49,280 bases of DNA from an uncultured Ruminococcus sp. (GTDB lineage: Bacteria; Bacillota; Clostridia; Oscillospirales; CAG-272), in contig CACWLT010000001.1 of assembly GCA_902761695.1 (NCBI GenBank), positions 1-49,280 of the forward strand, written 5' to 3'. Positions within the stretch are counted from its first letter, which is position 1. The number at the start of each line of letters is the position of its first letter. The position numbers and the translations under genes were made by a program. Positions 17,598 to 26,869 of the stretch are shown one piece after another. The notes under the pieces were generated by a model that was given only the letters and a program-made list of their open reading frames with translations, was not told the DNA's origin and searched no databases.

Positions 17598-19067
17598 TCA
17601 GTCCCCGAGCTTCGCGACCTTCTCCATCATCTTTCCGAGCATCTTGTTCATCGCCTTGTTCTGCTTCTCAAACCACGAGGCATAATTCTCGTTTAGTCCC
17701 ACCGAAAGCGAGATGTCCGTGCTGTTCAGCGCGCCGGAATAAACGTAGGAAAAATCACAGTGGACGTTATCGAAGACGATGTCCAGCATCTCGGCGGACT
17801 CCGGATCATTGACGTATTTCTGGGACAGGGCAATGTCGTAGTACGCCGGCTTGACGTCCTTCCACGACTGGTATTCCAGCGCTTCCATCAGAACGGCGCT
17901 GCGGTCGGGATCGGGTGCGTCGATCGGGATCCCCGTGACAAAGACGGAGGAGACGGATCCGTACCGCTCCTGCTCCTCACGGAACTTCGGCGGGGTCAGA
18001 ATGCCGTAGGATCCCATTTCCCGCATGTCGTCCTTCTGCGCGTAGAACAGCTGGTTAAGGAAGAACAGAGCCCGGCCGGACGTGAACGCGATCCTCATGT
18101 TGTCGTAATTGTGCGGACCGCCCTTGTCGTAGCCGCTGTAATAGTAATCGGCGTTGTAGAGCAGCTTGTACAGCAGCGCGTTGTCCTCGTATACGTTCTC
18201 CGTCGGTACGGTGGCGGACAGGCTTCCGTCCTCGCCGAAGGTCACGTAGGAATAGCCGCTGGAGGGATACAGGAAGCCGATGCAGTCCCACTGGGAGGTG
18301 ATCCCGTACCGGTCCTTTTCGTCGTACTGCCCGTTTCCGTCGAGGTCGGTCAGGACGGCTTCGGAGACCTGCATCATATAGTCGAAGGTCCACTTGCCCT
18401 CCCGCACCGTGTCGTACAGATTCCCGATCCCATACTGCTCGGCAAGGTCCGCGGAGTAAAACGTGACGAGGGTCCGGGCCATGGAGGGCATGTCGAAGAA
18501 CCCGGCGGCGAACATCAGCTTGTCCCCGAGCTGGATGTTGTCGTTGACGAACTGCATGTACCACGGTCTGTCCAGATCGACATAGTCCATTTTGTTCAGG
18601 TTGCGGAAGCATCCGGCGAGCGCGGAGGTGCTGAGATAGCAGCAGACGCCCAGGGCCAGGTCATACGCTCCCGAGCCCGCCGAAACGGTGTTGATCAGCT
18701 CCTGCTGATTCCGCCATTTCGAGGCGTCCAGATTGTAGGTCAGGCGGACGTTGAAGCGGTCGGAGACGGCGTTGTTCCGGTTGAAAACCGCGTCGTTCAC
18801 CACATCTCCGGTCAGATCGGCGTTGTAGAAGACGTCGTATTCGAAGGTATCGCCCCAGATCGTGACGTCCGCGCCCCCGTAATCCGCCTCCGGAAGATCG
18901 TCTTTAATCTCCGGTTCCGTTTCCGCCGGGAGCTCCTCGGCGGGTGTCTGTCCTGCCGAGGACGGAGGGGCTTTCGAAGACTCTCCGGCGTCCCCGGATC
19001 CGTTCGCGCAGGCAGCCAGAGAGAACAGAATCGACAGGGTCAGCAGAACGGCAAGCAGCTTCTTCAT
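17598..19067 (-). CDS. ABC transporter extracellular solute-binding lipoprotein (carbohydrate type)
   Basis: 489 aa. Lipobox LFSLAAC and a Ser/Glu/Pro-rich linker. Paralogous to 23932..25395 (DYGGADVTIW.. vs DFGGADVTAL.., NRNNAVSDRFNVRLTY vs ERNNRVEEKYNVRLKF). Confidence 0.85.
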   Translation of the reverse strand: MKKLLAVLLTLSILFSLAACANGSGDAGESSKAPPSSAGQTPAEELPAETEPEIKDDLPEADYGGADVTIWGDTFEYDVFYNADLTGDVVNDAVFNRNNAVSDRFNVRLTYNLDASKWRNQQELINTVSAGSGAYDLALGVCCYLSTSALAGCFRNLNKMDYVDLDRPWYMQFVNDNIQLGDKLMFAAGFFDMPSMARTLVTFYSADLAEQYGIGNLYDTVREGKWTFDYMMQVSEAVLTDLDGNGQYDEKDRYGITSQWDCIGFLYPSSGYSYVTFGEDGSLSATVPTENVYEDNALLYKLLYNADYYYSGYDKGGPHNYDNMRIAFTSGRALFFLNQLFYAQKDDMREMGSYGILTPPKFREEQERYGSVSSVFVTGIPIDAPDPDRSAVLMEALEYQSWKDVKPAYYDIALSQKYVNDPESAEMLDIVFDNVHCDFSYVYSGALNSTDISLSVGLNENYASWFEKQNKAMNKMLGKMMEKVAKLGD

Positions 19068-19165
19068 GAGTTCTTCTCCCTTCTGAAATAGGAATCGTAC
19101 AGATTTCCGAGCAGTGCTGTGTGTTTTTGCGTGATCCCGCTTCGGTCACAAGGCGGCCGGCGGGG

Positions 19166-20050
19166 TCATTTTCCGTATTCCTCGGGCAGGCACCCGCCCC
19201 GCCGGAGGAACAGCCGGTTCATGGAGGCCGGGGAGGAAAAACCCGCCCGGACGGAAACCTCCTTGGGAGTAAGCGACGGCGATTCCCGCATGATCCTGCA
19301 CGCCGTGGAGAACTGCATATCCTGCCGCACGGCGCGGAAGGATTTTCCGTACTGCCTCCGGATCAGCCGCTGGGTCTGCCTCTCCGAAAAGCCGAGGCGG
19401 CGGGCGATCTGTCCAAGCGGAATGCTCGGCTCGTTGAGCAGGTTCTCGAGGAGGATGCCGATGCTCTCCCCGTCGGGGGATTCGGCGGCCCCGGCCCGTC
19501 TGACCGGCATGTCCGCCCGGAACTGCTTGTCCGTGCGGAACTGATTGATGCAGTCGAACAGCAGAAAGACGGCCCGGCAGCATACGGTCTTCACATAGCA
19601 GTAATCCCGCAGGCTCCCGGTCTCACTCATGCGGGAGATCAGCCTGAGATCGGAGATCAGCGCGGGCGGGGGCGTGAAGACGGCGTTTTGTTCCGTCAGG
19701 GCCAGAAGCGTGCCGGTGAAATACGCATAGGCTCCGCCCTCCCCCGGGATCTGATGGACGGAGAAAGCCAGCGTCAGGTTTTCCGCGCCGTCTCCTGAAA
19801 TCTGAATCGGCAGATGCTCACATCCGGGCTCGATGACGACCGCCTCGCCCGCGGACAGTACCACGCTCTTCCCGCCGAAGTCGATCAGCCCCTCGCCCCG
19901 CACCACGAGATGCAGCTCGTAGTACTGATGGCTGTGGGACACAAGGGTCCGCTCGGCGGTATTCGTCTTGTGCCAGTGAAAATGATGGATCGTGAAGAGG
20001 GCGTCCCCGAAATCCATGTTTGTGCGGCTGATATCCAGGTACTCTTTCAC
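19166..20050 (-). CDS. AraC family transcriptional regulator (cupin sensor + HTH)
   Basis: ORF 19166..20080. C-terminal AraC HTH (IARRLGFSERQTQRLIRRQYGKSFRAVRQDMQF..A..I). Start uncertain; GTG 20050 after AAGAGG is preferred. Confidence 0.8.
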   Translation of the reverse strand: MKEYLDISRTNMDFGDALFTIHHFHWHKTNTAERTLVSHSHQYYELHLVVRGEGLIDFGGKSVVLSAGEAVVIEPGCEHLPIQISGDGAENLTLAFSVHQIPGEGGAYAYFTGTLLALTEQNAVFTPPPALISDLRLISRMSETGSLRDYCYVKTVCCRAVFLLFDCINQFRTDKQFRADMPVRRAGAAESPDGESIGILLENLLNEPSIPLGQIARRLGFSERQTQRLIRRQYGKSFRAVRQDMQFSTACRIMRESPSLTPKEVSVRAGFSSPASMNRLFLRRGGCLPEEYGK

Positions 20051-20237
20051 CCGCCGGCCTCTTTCCCCTGAAAAACTCACGGATTTGTATCATTCTTATT
20101 ATACACTCCGCGTCGGCGGGAAGTCAACACAAGAAAGCGACATCTTTTGGGAATAAGGTCGTGTTTTTCGGTTGACTATCCGGGGGATGCGGGGTATAAT
20201 GATGCGTGAACGCAAATCCGGCAACAGGGGAGAACCC

Positions 20238-21434
20238 ATGAAACGCCATCTTTCCAATTTTCTTCTTCTCTGGCTCCGCGACGGGCTGTACTGCCTCGCG
20301 ACGACCCTCTCCTCCGCCTCCGTCCTCCAGGCCTTCTTCCTGAAAATGGGCATGGAGAGCGGGACGGTGAGCTATTACACCTCCTTCACCCAGGCGGTTT
20401 TTCTCGTCTTTTCCCTCCTCTTCGCCGGCGCGGCGGACCGTTGCCGGAAAACGAAGCGGACGGCGACCCTGCTGTTTTTTGCCAACGCCGCCGCCCTGCT
20501 GCTGCAGATGACCCTGTGCCTGCTGCCGGAGAGCCCCGCCCTGTTCTGCTTCGCTGCCTTCGCGGTGGGAGCGCTTGTCAACGTCAGCAACACCGTCCGC
20601 GTGGTCTTTGAATACCGGATGATCTGCGAGGTCATTCCGGTGGAGCGGTATTCCCTGTATTCCTCCGTCAGCGGGATCGTCTGCGGCGTAGCGGGGATTC
20701 TGCCCGGGGTCCTGCTTCCCCTCTTCTACGGGCGGCATGATTACACGGCGGTGACGCTGGCGGTGTTCTGCGCCTCCGGGCTGTTCTGTCTCATGGCGGG
20801 CGTTCTCAACGGATGCCTGCGCCTTCTGCCCGGCAAGGAAGGGGAGGAACCGGCGGAGGCGCCAAAGGGAAAGCCCTCTTCCCACCGGGCCGTTCTCGGG
20901 AGGGAGGATTTCCGCCGTCTGGCCCTGCCGAACTTCATCCGCGGCTTCGGGGCGGGCGTGGTGGCCGTTCTGCCGCTTCTGGCCATGAAGGACGCGGGAT
21001 TGCCGAAGGAGCAGTCCGCCCTGGTCTCCGGGGTGATGAACGCGGCAACCTTCCTCAGCTGCGGCGTCTACGGCCTTCTGCGGCAGAGGAAAATCAGGGC
21101 CTCGACTCTGGGACTGGCGGGCTCCTGCCTGTTCTTCCTGCTCTGCGGCGCGTTTCTGGGTTCCCCCGTCTGGTTCCTCATCGTCCTCTTCTTCGCCTAC
21201 TGCGGCTATAACATCGTCTGCTACGCGATCCCGGACGCGGTGTATCAGCGGGTGGAGGAGGGCGTCATCAGCGCGTACCACACCTGGCGCATGGCTCTGA
21301 CGACCCTCGGAACGGTGTTCTCCACCGCCGTGATCGGCCTGATCGAGGAGACAGTGAGCGGCACGGTTCTGGCGGTCTGCGGGACCCTGTCGATCTTTCT
21401 CTGCTGCCTCGCCTATCACCATACCATGAAATGA
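20238..21434 (+). CDS. MFS transporter
   Basis: ORF 20172..21434. ATG 20238 follows AGGGGAG. About 12 hydrophobic segments. Confidence 0.75.
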   Translation: MKRHLSNFLLLWLRDGLYCLATTLSSASVLQAFFLKMGMESGTVSYYTSFTQAVFLVFSLLFAGAADRCRKTKRTATLLFFANAAALLLQMTLCLLPESPALFCFAAFAVGALVNVSNTVRVVFEYRMICEVIPVERYSLYSSVSGIVCGVAGILPGVLLPLFYGRHDYTAVTLAVFCASGLFCLMAGVLNGCLRLLPGKEGEEPAEAPKGKPSSHRAVLGREDFRRLALPNFIRGFGAGVVAVLPLLAMKDAGLPKEQSALVSGVMNAATFLSCGVYGLLRQRKIRASTLGLAGSCLFFLLCGAFLGSPVWFLIVLFFAYCGYNIVCYAIPDAVYQRVEEGVISAYHTWRMALTTLGTVFSTAVIGLIEETVSGTVLAVCGTLSIFLCCLAYHHTMK

Positions 21435-21495
21435 TCCCCGCCCCCGGACCGCGCCGGTAAAGAATCCGCAATAAAAAAACAGGAGGCAAACGCCC

Positions 21496-22590
21496 ATGAT
21501 CAGAGACTTCCATCAGATAAAGCCCGCAGTGGAGCACGGGATCGTTTACAGAAATCCCGATTCCTTCTTCGGGTACTGCGGCTGGCCCACGGTCTGCATC
21601 GACGAAAAAGGTATGCTCTACGCGGTCTGCTCCGGGTTCCGCGCCGCCCATGTATGCCCCTTCGGCAAGACGGTTCTCTTCAAGAGCGCCGATCTCGGGC
21701 GGACCTGGAGCATCCCCATGGTCATCAACGACACCTATCTGGACGACCGGGACGCCGGTATCCTGTCTCTCGGGAAGGACACGCTGCTCGTCACGTGGTT
21801 CAGCCACCCGGTCGGCCTCTATCAGACGGTCTACCGCCGCATGATCGGGGACTCCTGGTCCGTCGCGGGGACCATGGTGGACGAAGCGTATCCCACGGTT
21901 CCGGAGGCGCTGTCCCATGGCGGTTCCTGGGTCCGCGTATCCCGGGACGGCGGCATGACCTGGGGAGATACCGTCAAGGTTCCGGTCTCCGCTCCCCACG
22001 GTCCGATCCGGCGGCGTGACGGCTCCCTGCTCTACCTGGGCCGGGAGATGTACAACACGGAACCGGACGGCACAGTGGACGGGGATATCTGCGCCTACGA
22101 AAGCCGCGACGGGGGCACGACCTGGACCATCCTCGGCAAGGTGCCCCTGGACAGCGCGTGGAACGATCCCTGCGAGCCCCACGTGCTGGAGCTGGATAAC
22201 GGCCGTCTGCTGGGCATGATCCGCCTGGCCGTACCGGACGTTTACCTGACCGTCTATAAAACCGTATCCGAGGACGGAGGCCGCACCTGGACAAAGCCCG
22301 AGGAGATGGGGACCAACGGCGCGCCGCCGCATCTGATGCGCCATTCCTCGGGTGCGGTCATCCTGACTTACGGGCGCAGGACGGAGCCCTTCGGACAGCG
22401 GGCCCTGGTCAGCTTCGACGGCGGCGAAACATGGAAGGACGAATACGTTCTCCGGGACGACGGGCCGGGTGGGGATCTCGGATATCCCAGCACGGTCGAG
22501 CTGCCCGACGGATCCCTCCTGACGGTATACTATCAGGCCGTCCCCGGCGACCGGTACTGCTCCCTGCTCTGGACCCGGTGGTCGCTGTGA
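21496..22590 (+). CDS. BNR/Asp-box repeat exo-alpha-sialidase-like glycoside hydrolase (GH33-like)
   Basis: 364 aa with RBS AGGAGG. Five Asp boxes (SADLGRTWS, SRDGGMTWG, SRDGGTTWT, SEDGGRTWT, SFDGGETWK). No signal peptide. Confidence 0.8.
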   Translation: MIRDFHQIKPAVEHGIVYRNPDSFFGYCGWPTVCIDEKGMLYAVCSGFRAAHVCPFGKTVLFKSADLGRTWSIPMVINDTYLDDRDAGILSLGKDTLLVTWFSHPVGLYQTVYRRMIGDSWSVAGTMVDEAYPTVPEALSHGGSWVRVSRDGGMTWGDTVKVPVSAPHGPIRRRDGSLLYLGREMYNTEPDGTVDGDICAYESRDGGTTWTILGKVPLDSAWNDPCEPHVLELDNGRLLGMIRLAVPDVYLTVYKTVSEDGGRTWTKPEEMGTNGAPPHLMRHSSGAVILTYGRRTEPFGQRALVSFDGGETWKDEYVLRDDGPGGDLGYPSTVELPDGSLLTVYYQAVPGDRYCSLLWTRWSL

Positions 22591-22626
22591 TGCGGGGCGC
22601 CGGTGCTCCATAAAGCAAAGCATCGC

Positions 22627-22676
22627 AAAAAGACGCTCCCTTCCGTAAGGTGCAATTGCGGAAACGAGCGTCTTTT
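22627..22676. terminator. Bidirectional terminator between convergent genes
   Basis: AAAAAGACGCTC (22627-22638) pairs with GAGCGTCTTTT (22666-22676). It has an A-run on one side and a T-run on the other, and a long structured loop. Confidence 0.5.
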
Positions 22677-22717
22677 GCTTGTTCATTCTGCGGGAAATGT
22701 CCTCCAGGCGCGGGCAG

Positions 22718-23920
22718 TCAGGTCCTCATCCGCCAGTACGCGTTGACCAGGGCCAGGGGGGCGCAGGTGTGATGGCGGTCATAGTCGACGGCCTCCGCCA
22801 GCTCTTCGATCGCTTTGAGGGTCCCCTCCGGCAGCCGATACCCCGGGCAGAGAGCGGCAACGGCGGCGCACTCCCCGACGGCCCGCAGCGGATAAAAGGC
22901 CCGGTTTTCCCGGTATTCGCTCTGGCCGGGGTTGTAATAGATCTTGTCCCCGATGAATCCGACGTAATACGCCCGGACCTTGTTCCACGGCTGATAGGCC
23001 CAGTTCAGCCCGGCCAGCGCCTCCGGGGTCATGAGCGCCTTAGCCCGGGGAACGGCCATAACGCCGTACTGCTGTGCCAGATTCCGCATGAGCCCGTGGT
23101 ATTTCTCCCGCCATTCCTCCTCCTCCTCGGCCTCGTAAAGCAGGCGGAGGGAGTACTGCATCTGAAGGCCGATGTAGGTCTGACCGGAGGCGCACTGAAA
23201 CGGCAGAGACCGGCGGTATGCCTCCTCCCGGTACTGCCGGTACATCTTGCCCCAGTGCGCTTCCCCCGTGGTTTTCCAGGCGGCGGCGTAGAACATGGGG
23301 AGCCGGAGGTATTCATGCGGGCCGAGCTCCCCCCACATCTGCGAGACGATCCCGATCCGCCCGTCCTCTCGGAGCAGGTTCCAGCCGTTTTCCTCCCGCA
23401 CGTCCTCCTCGCACCGGGCGGCGATGGCGGAAAGATGCCTCCGTACGGAATCCCTCTGCCCTTCATCCGAAAGCGGGGAGCGATAAAGGACCCATGCCCC
23501 CCAGACCCAGTGGGTGAACTGATCCCGGGAGGAGTTGGAATAGTGACTCACGCCGTCCGCCGGAGAGACGCTGCGGGCCACAAAGCCCGGACGAGAGCAG
23601 ACGTCCATGCAGAGCTCCATCCCCCGGTAGATATCCGACGCCAGGCCGCGCATCCGCTCCTCCCCCGTGACCGCGTACCGGGCGGCGACGGTGTCCATGG
23701 CAGTGCCTGCCGTCAGGACGGAGTCCTCCATCCCCGTTCCGTGGCCGCAGGGATTGGGGAGGTCCCGCCGGATCAGCTCCGGGTCGGGCAGGTGCCAGGT
23801 CGCCGCGTCCGGACGGGCCACGATATCCCCGCTCTCCGGGCTGTCCACGAGATAATCGTAAAAGAGGCAGGTGCGGTGGTCAAAAAACCTCTCCCAGATA
23901 AAATTCCACGCCTTCTCCAT
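22718..23920 (-). CDS. hypothetical protein, possibly an alpha/alpha-barrel glycan-active enzyme
   Basis: Only the last 400 aa of ORF 22718..24880 are credible. ATG 23920 follows GGAGG and lies just after the SBP stop (23932). The protein starts MEKAWNFIWERFFDHRTCLFYDYLV. I recognise no diagnostic motif. Confidence 0.6.
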   Translation of the reverse strand: MEKAWNFIWERFFDHRTCLFYDYLVDSPESGDIVARPDAATWHLPDPELIRRDLPNPCGHGTGMEDSVLTAGTAMDTVAARYAVTGEERMRGLASDIYRGMELCMDVCSRPGFVARSVSPADGVSHYSNSSRDQFTHWVWGAWVLYRSPLSDEGQRDSVRRHLSAIAARCEEDVREENGWNLLREDGRIGIVSQMWGELGPHEYLRLPMFYAAAWKTTGEAHWGKMYRQYREEAYRRSLPFQCASGQTYIGLQMQYSLRLLYEAEEEEEWREKYHGLMRNLAQQYGVMAVPRAKALMTPEALAGLNWAYQPWNKVRAYYVGFIGDKIYYNPGQSEYRENRAFYPLRAVGECAAVAALCPGYRLPEGTLKAIEELAEAVDYDRHHTCAPLALVNAYWRMRT

Positions 23921-23931
23921 GACGCCTCCGC

Positions 23932-25395
23932 TCAGTCGAAATAGGTGGCCCGGATGTTTTCCAGCCCCGCATTGTATTCGTTTTCCCGGGAAGCGTAGTA
24001 GGAGGCGAAATCGGTGTTGTTCTCCTCCACGAACATCTGATAGGAATTGCCGAGGTTCAGAACCGTGGAGTAGACCCAGCCGAAGTCGAAGGACAGGGAG
24101 CCCCGGATCAGATCGATCATGCGGGCGGAATCGTCGTCCCGGGCGTATTTGGATTTCAGGGCGGTGTCGTAGAAGGCGGCGGAAACGGTGTCCGTGCTCT
24201 CCCGGCACAGCGCCTCGATGACGAAGGCCGCGGCATCGGTATCCCCGCAGGTGACCGGCACGCAGATCATGGACACGTTGTTGTTGGTGGAGGTCAGGTA
24301 ATCCGCCTGCGCCTCGTCGAACTTGGGATAGGGGATAATGCCGAAATCCGCTTCCATATCGCGCATGGCGGCGGCCTGACCGAACAGCCCTGCCGCAAAG
24401 AGTGCCTGCCCGTTCCGGAAGAGGCCGGTCAGGAGCGTCTTGTCGGAGGAGATAAAGGTCTCGCCGCTGTTGTTGTATAGGGAGACCAGGCTCTCCACCA
24501 CGGATACCGTGTGCTCGGTGTTCCAGGACAGGTACGGGGTGCCGTCGGCCTTCACGGAAACCACCGGGGTGTCGTAGGCCACCAGATACTGCCGCAGGTA
24601 ATCCCCGCCGGCGATCAGGCCGAACCGGTCCGCGTCGGTCATGGATCCGTCCCCGTTCACGTCCAGGGAGGTCCCGGCGATCAGCTCCTTCAGCTTGTCG
24701 TGGGTCCATTTGCCGGAATCCACGAGGGCGTAGAGATCGGGGAGACCGTTGGCGGCCGCCAGCTCCTTCTGCCAGTACATGCAGTAGAGGTATTCCAGCA
24801 TGGTCACGGTGATGTCCCCCGTGGCGATAAAGCAGCGGTTGTTCACCGTCAGCGCGTCCACGCCCTTCCGCGTCCACCATGCGCTGGAGAGATCGATGTA
24901 CGGCAGCTCCAGGAGGTTCAGAAAATCCCCCATGGTGACGTTCTGCACGATGGTGGCCTGATAGCCGGAGACGAAATCATAGGCCCCGTCCCCAGCCAGA
25001 ACGCTGTTGTGCACGGCGTTGATGAAATTGTCCTTGTTCCCCCAGTCGCCCCGGGTGTCCTCGAATTTCAGCCTGACGTTGTATTTCTCCTCCACGCGGT
25101 TGTTCCTCTCGGCGATGGCTTCGGAGACCATGGCGTCGCTCCCGCCCTCGTCCGGCAGGAATTCATAGGCCCATTCCGTGCGGATCAGGGCCGTGACATC
25201 GGCTCCCCCGAAATCCCTGTCCGGAAGAGGATCGGAGGCGGCTTCCGTTTCGGCCTCTCCATCCTCCGGAACCGGTTCTCCGACTGCGGCGGATCCGGCG
25301 TCGGGCAGCGTTTCCTCCGTTTTTCCGCCCGAGCAGGCCGCGAGGCAGCCGGACAGCATGAGCGCGGACAGCAGCAGGCAAAGGCATCGTTTCAT
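23932..25395 (-). CDS. ABC transporter extracellular solute-binding lipoprotein (carbohydrate type)
   Basis: ORF 23932..25428. ATG 25395 follows GGAAGGAGA. MKRCLCLLLSALMLSGCLAAC lipobox. Paralog of 17598..19067. Confidence 0.85.
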   Translation of the reverse strand: MKRCLCLLLSALMLSGCLAACSGGKTEETLPDAGSAAVGEPVPEDGEAETEAASDPLPDRDFGGADVTALIRTEWAYEFLPDEGGSDAMVSEAIAERNNRVEEKYNVRLKFEDTRGDWGNKDNFINAVHNSVLAGDGAYDFVSGYQATIVQNVTMGDFLNLLELPYIDLSSAWWTRKGVDALTVNNRCFIATGDITVTMLEYLYCMYWQKELAAANGLPDLYALVDSGKWTHDKLKELIAGTSLDVNGDGSMTDADRFGLIAGGDYLRQYLVAYDTPVVSVKADGTPYLSWNTEHTVSVVESLVSLYNNSGETFISSDKTLLTGLFRNGQALFAAGLFGQAAAMRDMEADFGIIPYPKFDEAQADYLTSTNNNVSMICVPVTCGDTDAAAFVIEALCRESTDTVSAAFYDTALKSKYARDDDSARMIDLIRGSLSFDFGWVYSTVLNLGNSYQMFVEENNTDFASYYASRENEYNAGLENIRATYFD

Positions 25396-25529
25396 GACAG
25401 TTTCTCCTTCCCGGTTGCGGTTTTTCATTGGATATGGTATACTGATTATACCCTGATTCCGCCGGAGAATCCATCAGAATATCCAAACAGCATTTGCGGA
25501 TTTCAAACCTGTTTGAGAGGAGATCCCCC

Positions 25530-26441
25530 ATGTCCCTCCCTTCCGATATCAATCCGATCCTGCGCTCCGCCGGTTATTTCCCGAACTGGCAGTTTCGCGA
25601 CGAGGACCTGAACATTTCCTACCACATGCGGGCCTTCTCCATCCACCGGGGACGGGCGCTGCTCACCATGGATGGCCGGGAGGAAGTGCTCATGAACGAG
25701 GGCGCCGTCCTCCTCCTCGCCCCAGGGCAGCCCTACCGCTTCACGCCCGCGGACGGGCCGGAGGGCTTCGATCTCTGCTGCATCACCTTCGATCTGCGGC
25801 AGGAATGCGGTGTGAAGCCGTACCTCCCGCCCGTGCGCCTCTCCGCCTTTCATCCGGAGTATCTCGTCGATCAGGGACTCCCCGCCAGGGACCTCGCTCC
25901 CTTTCCCCTTCTCCTCGGGGACGGCGGGGACATCGACGCTTACCTCATCCGGATCAGGGACGAGACCGAACACTGGAGCGCATATTCGGAGCCCTTCTGC
26001 TCGGGTCTTGTCAAGGCCGTCCTCTTCGGCGCGCTCCGGCTGGCGGGAGGAGGGGCGGAGAGGCCGCTTTCTCCGGCGGAGGAAAAGGCGGCGGGCGTGC
26101 TGCGATACATCGAGCACAACTACCGCCGTCCGGTCAACGCGGAGCAGATCGCCGCTGCGCTGAATTACCATCCCTATTATCTCGCGCGGCTTGTCAAAAG
26201 GTTTTACCATACGACCCCGGCGCGGTATCTCACCGCCTGCCGCATGAAGGAAGCTGCGCGGCTGCTCCGGGAGACGGATCTCTCCGTGGCGGAGGTAGCG
26301 GAGTACTGCGGATATCCGGATCCGACGCTGTTCTCCGCAGTCTTTCGCCGGAACATGGGCCGCACGCCGTCCTCCCTGCGGAACGACGCGGAATCCGCCC
26401 CCGACGGCGAACACCTTCCCGCCCCTCACACAGATCAGTGA
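25530..26441 (+). CDS. AraC family transcriptional regulator
   Basis: ORF 25494..26441. ATG 25530 follows GAGAGGAG. C-terminal HTH (IAAALNYHPYYLARLVKRFYHTTPARYLTACRMKEAARLL). Divergent from the SBP gene. Confidence 0.85.
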   Translation: MSLPSDINPILRSAGYFPNWQFRDEDLNISYHMRAFSIHRGRALLTMDGREEVLMNEGAVLLLAPGQPYRFTPADGPEGFDLCCITFDLRQECGVKPYLPPVRLSAFHPEYLVDQGLPARDLAPFPLLLGDGGDIDAYLIRIRDETEHWSAYSEPFCSGLVKAVLFGALRLAGGGAERPLSPAEEKAAGVLRYIEHNYRRPVNAEQIAAALNYHPYYLARLVKRFYHTTPARYLTACRMKEAARLLRETDLSVAEVAEYCGYPDPTLFSAVFRRNMGRTPSSLRNDAESAPDGEHLPAPHTDQ

Positions 26442-26716
26442 ACACGGGACGCTCCCAGGCTCGTCCGTATGAAAAACGCCCGTCGGAATACCGCCCCGCC
26501 GGTGTATGCGCATACCGGAAATCCGCGCTTTTGGCCGGAAATATGCATTGATATTCTCCGTTATGCAGAAATTCAAGTATATATTGAAATCCAGATTTTG
26601 CCTAAATTTACCAATTATTTTACCATTTTCTGCCGATTTTCCAGCGGCCTATCCTGCCATTTTATGCCATTATTCACAACATTCGACCAGTTTAACGCAA
26701 ATTTCGGCAAGCGAAG

Positions 26717-26746
26717 CTTGAATTTTGAAATTTTCGTAAATTCAAG
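26717..26746. promoter_or_regulatory. Perfect 9-bp inverted repeat in an AT-rich island (candidate operator)
   Basis: CTTGAATTT (26717-26725), 12 nt, AAATTCAAG (26738-26746). A third AAATTCAAG lies at 26569-26577. The repeat ends about 10 nt upstream of the -35 of the HTH-protein promoter. Confidence 0.4.
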
Positions 26747-26756
26747 AACAGCTTTA

Positions 26757-26785
26757 TTGCAATCCGGCCGGGTTTGTGCTATCGT
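26757..26785 (+). promoter_or_regulatory. sigmaA-type promoter for the XRE-HTH repeat protein
   Basis: -35 TTGCAA 26757-26762, 17-nt spacer, -10 TATCGT 26780-26785. Confidence 0.4.
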
Positions 26786-26869
26786 GGAGACACGGATCCG
26801 AACCGGCCGTCCGGCATCTGCGCAGAGGGCGGCTGTGAAAAAACATACATAATGACGAGGAGAACGGAT

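Noticed and set aside
23921-24880. N-terminal 320 aa of ORF 22718..24880
   Set aside because: It overlaps the SBP gene (23932..25395) in another frame and is compositionally junk. The real start is ATG 23920, after GGAGG.
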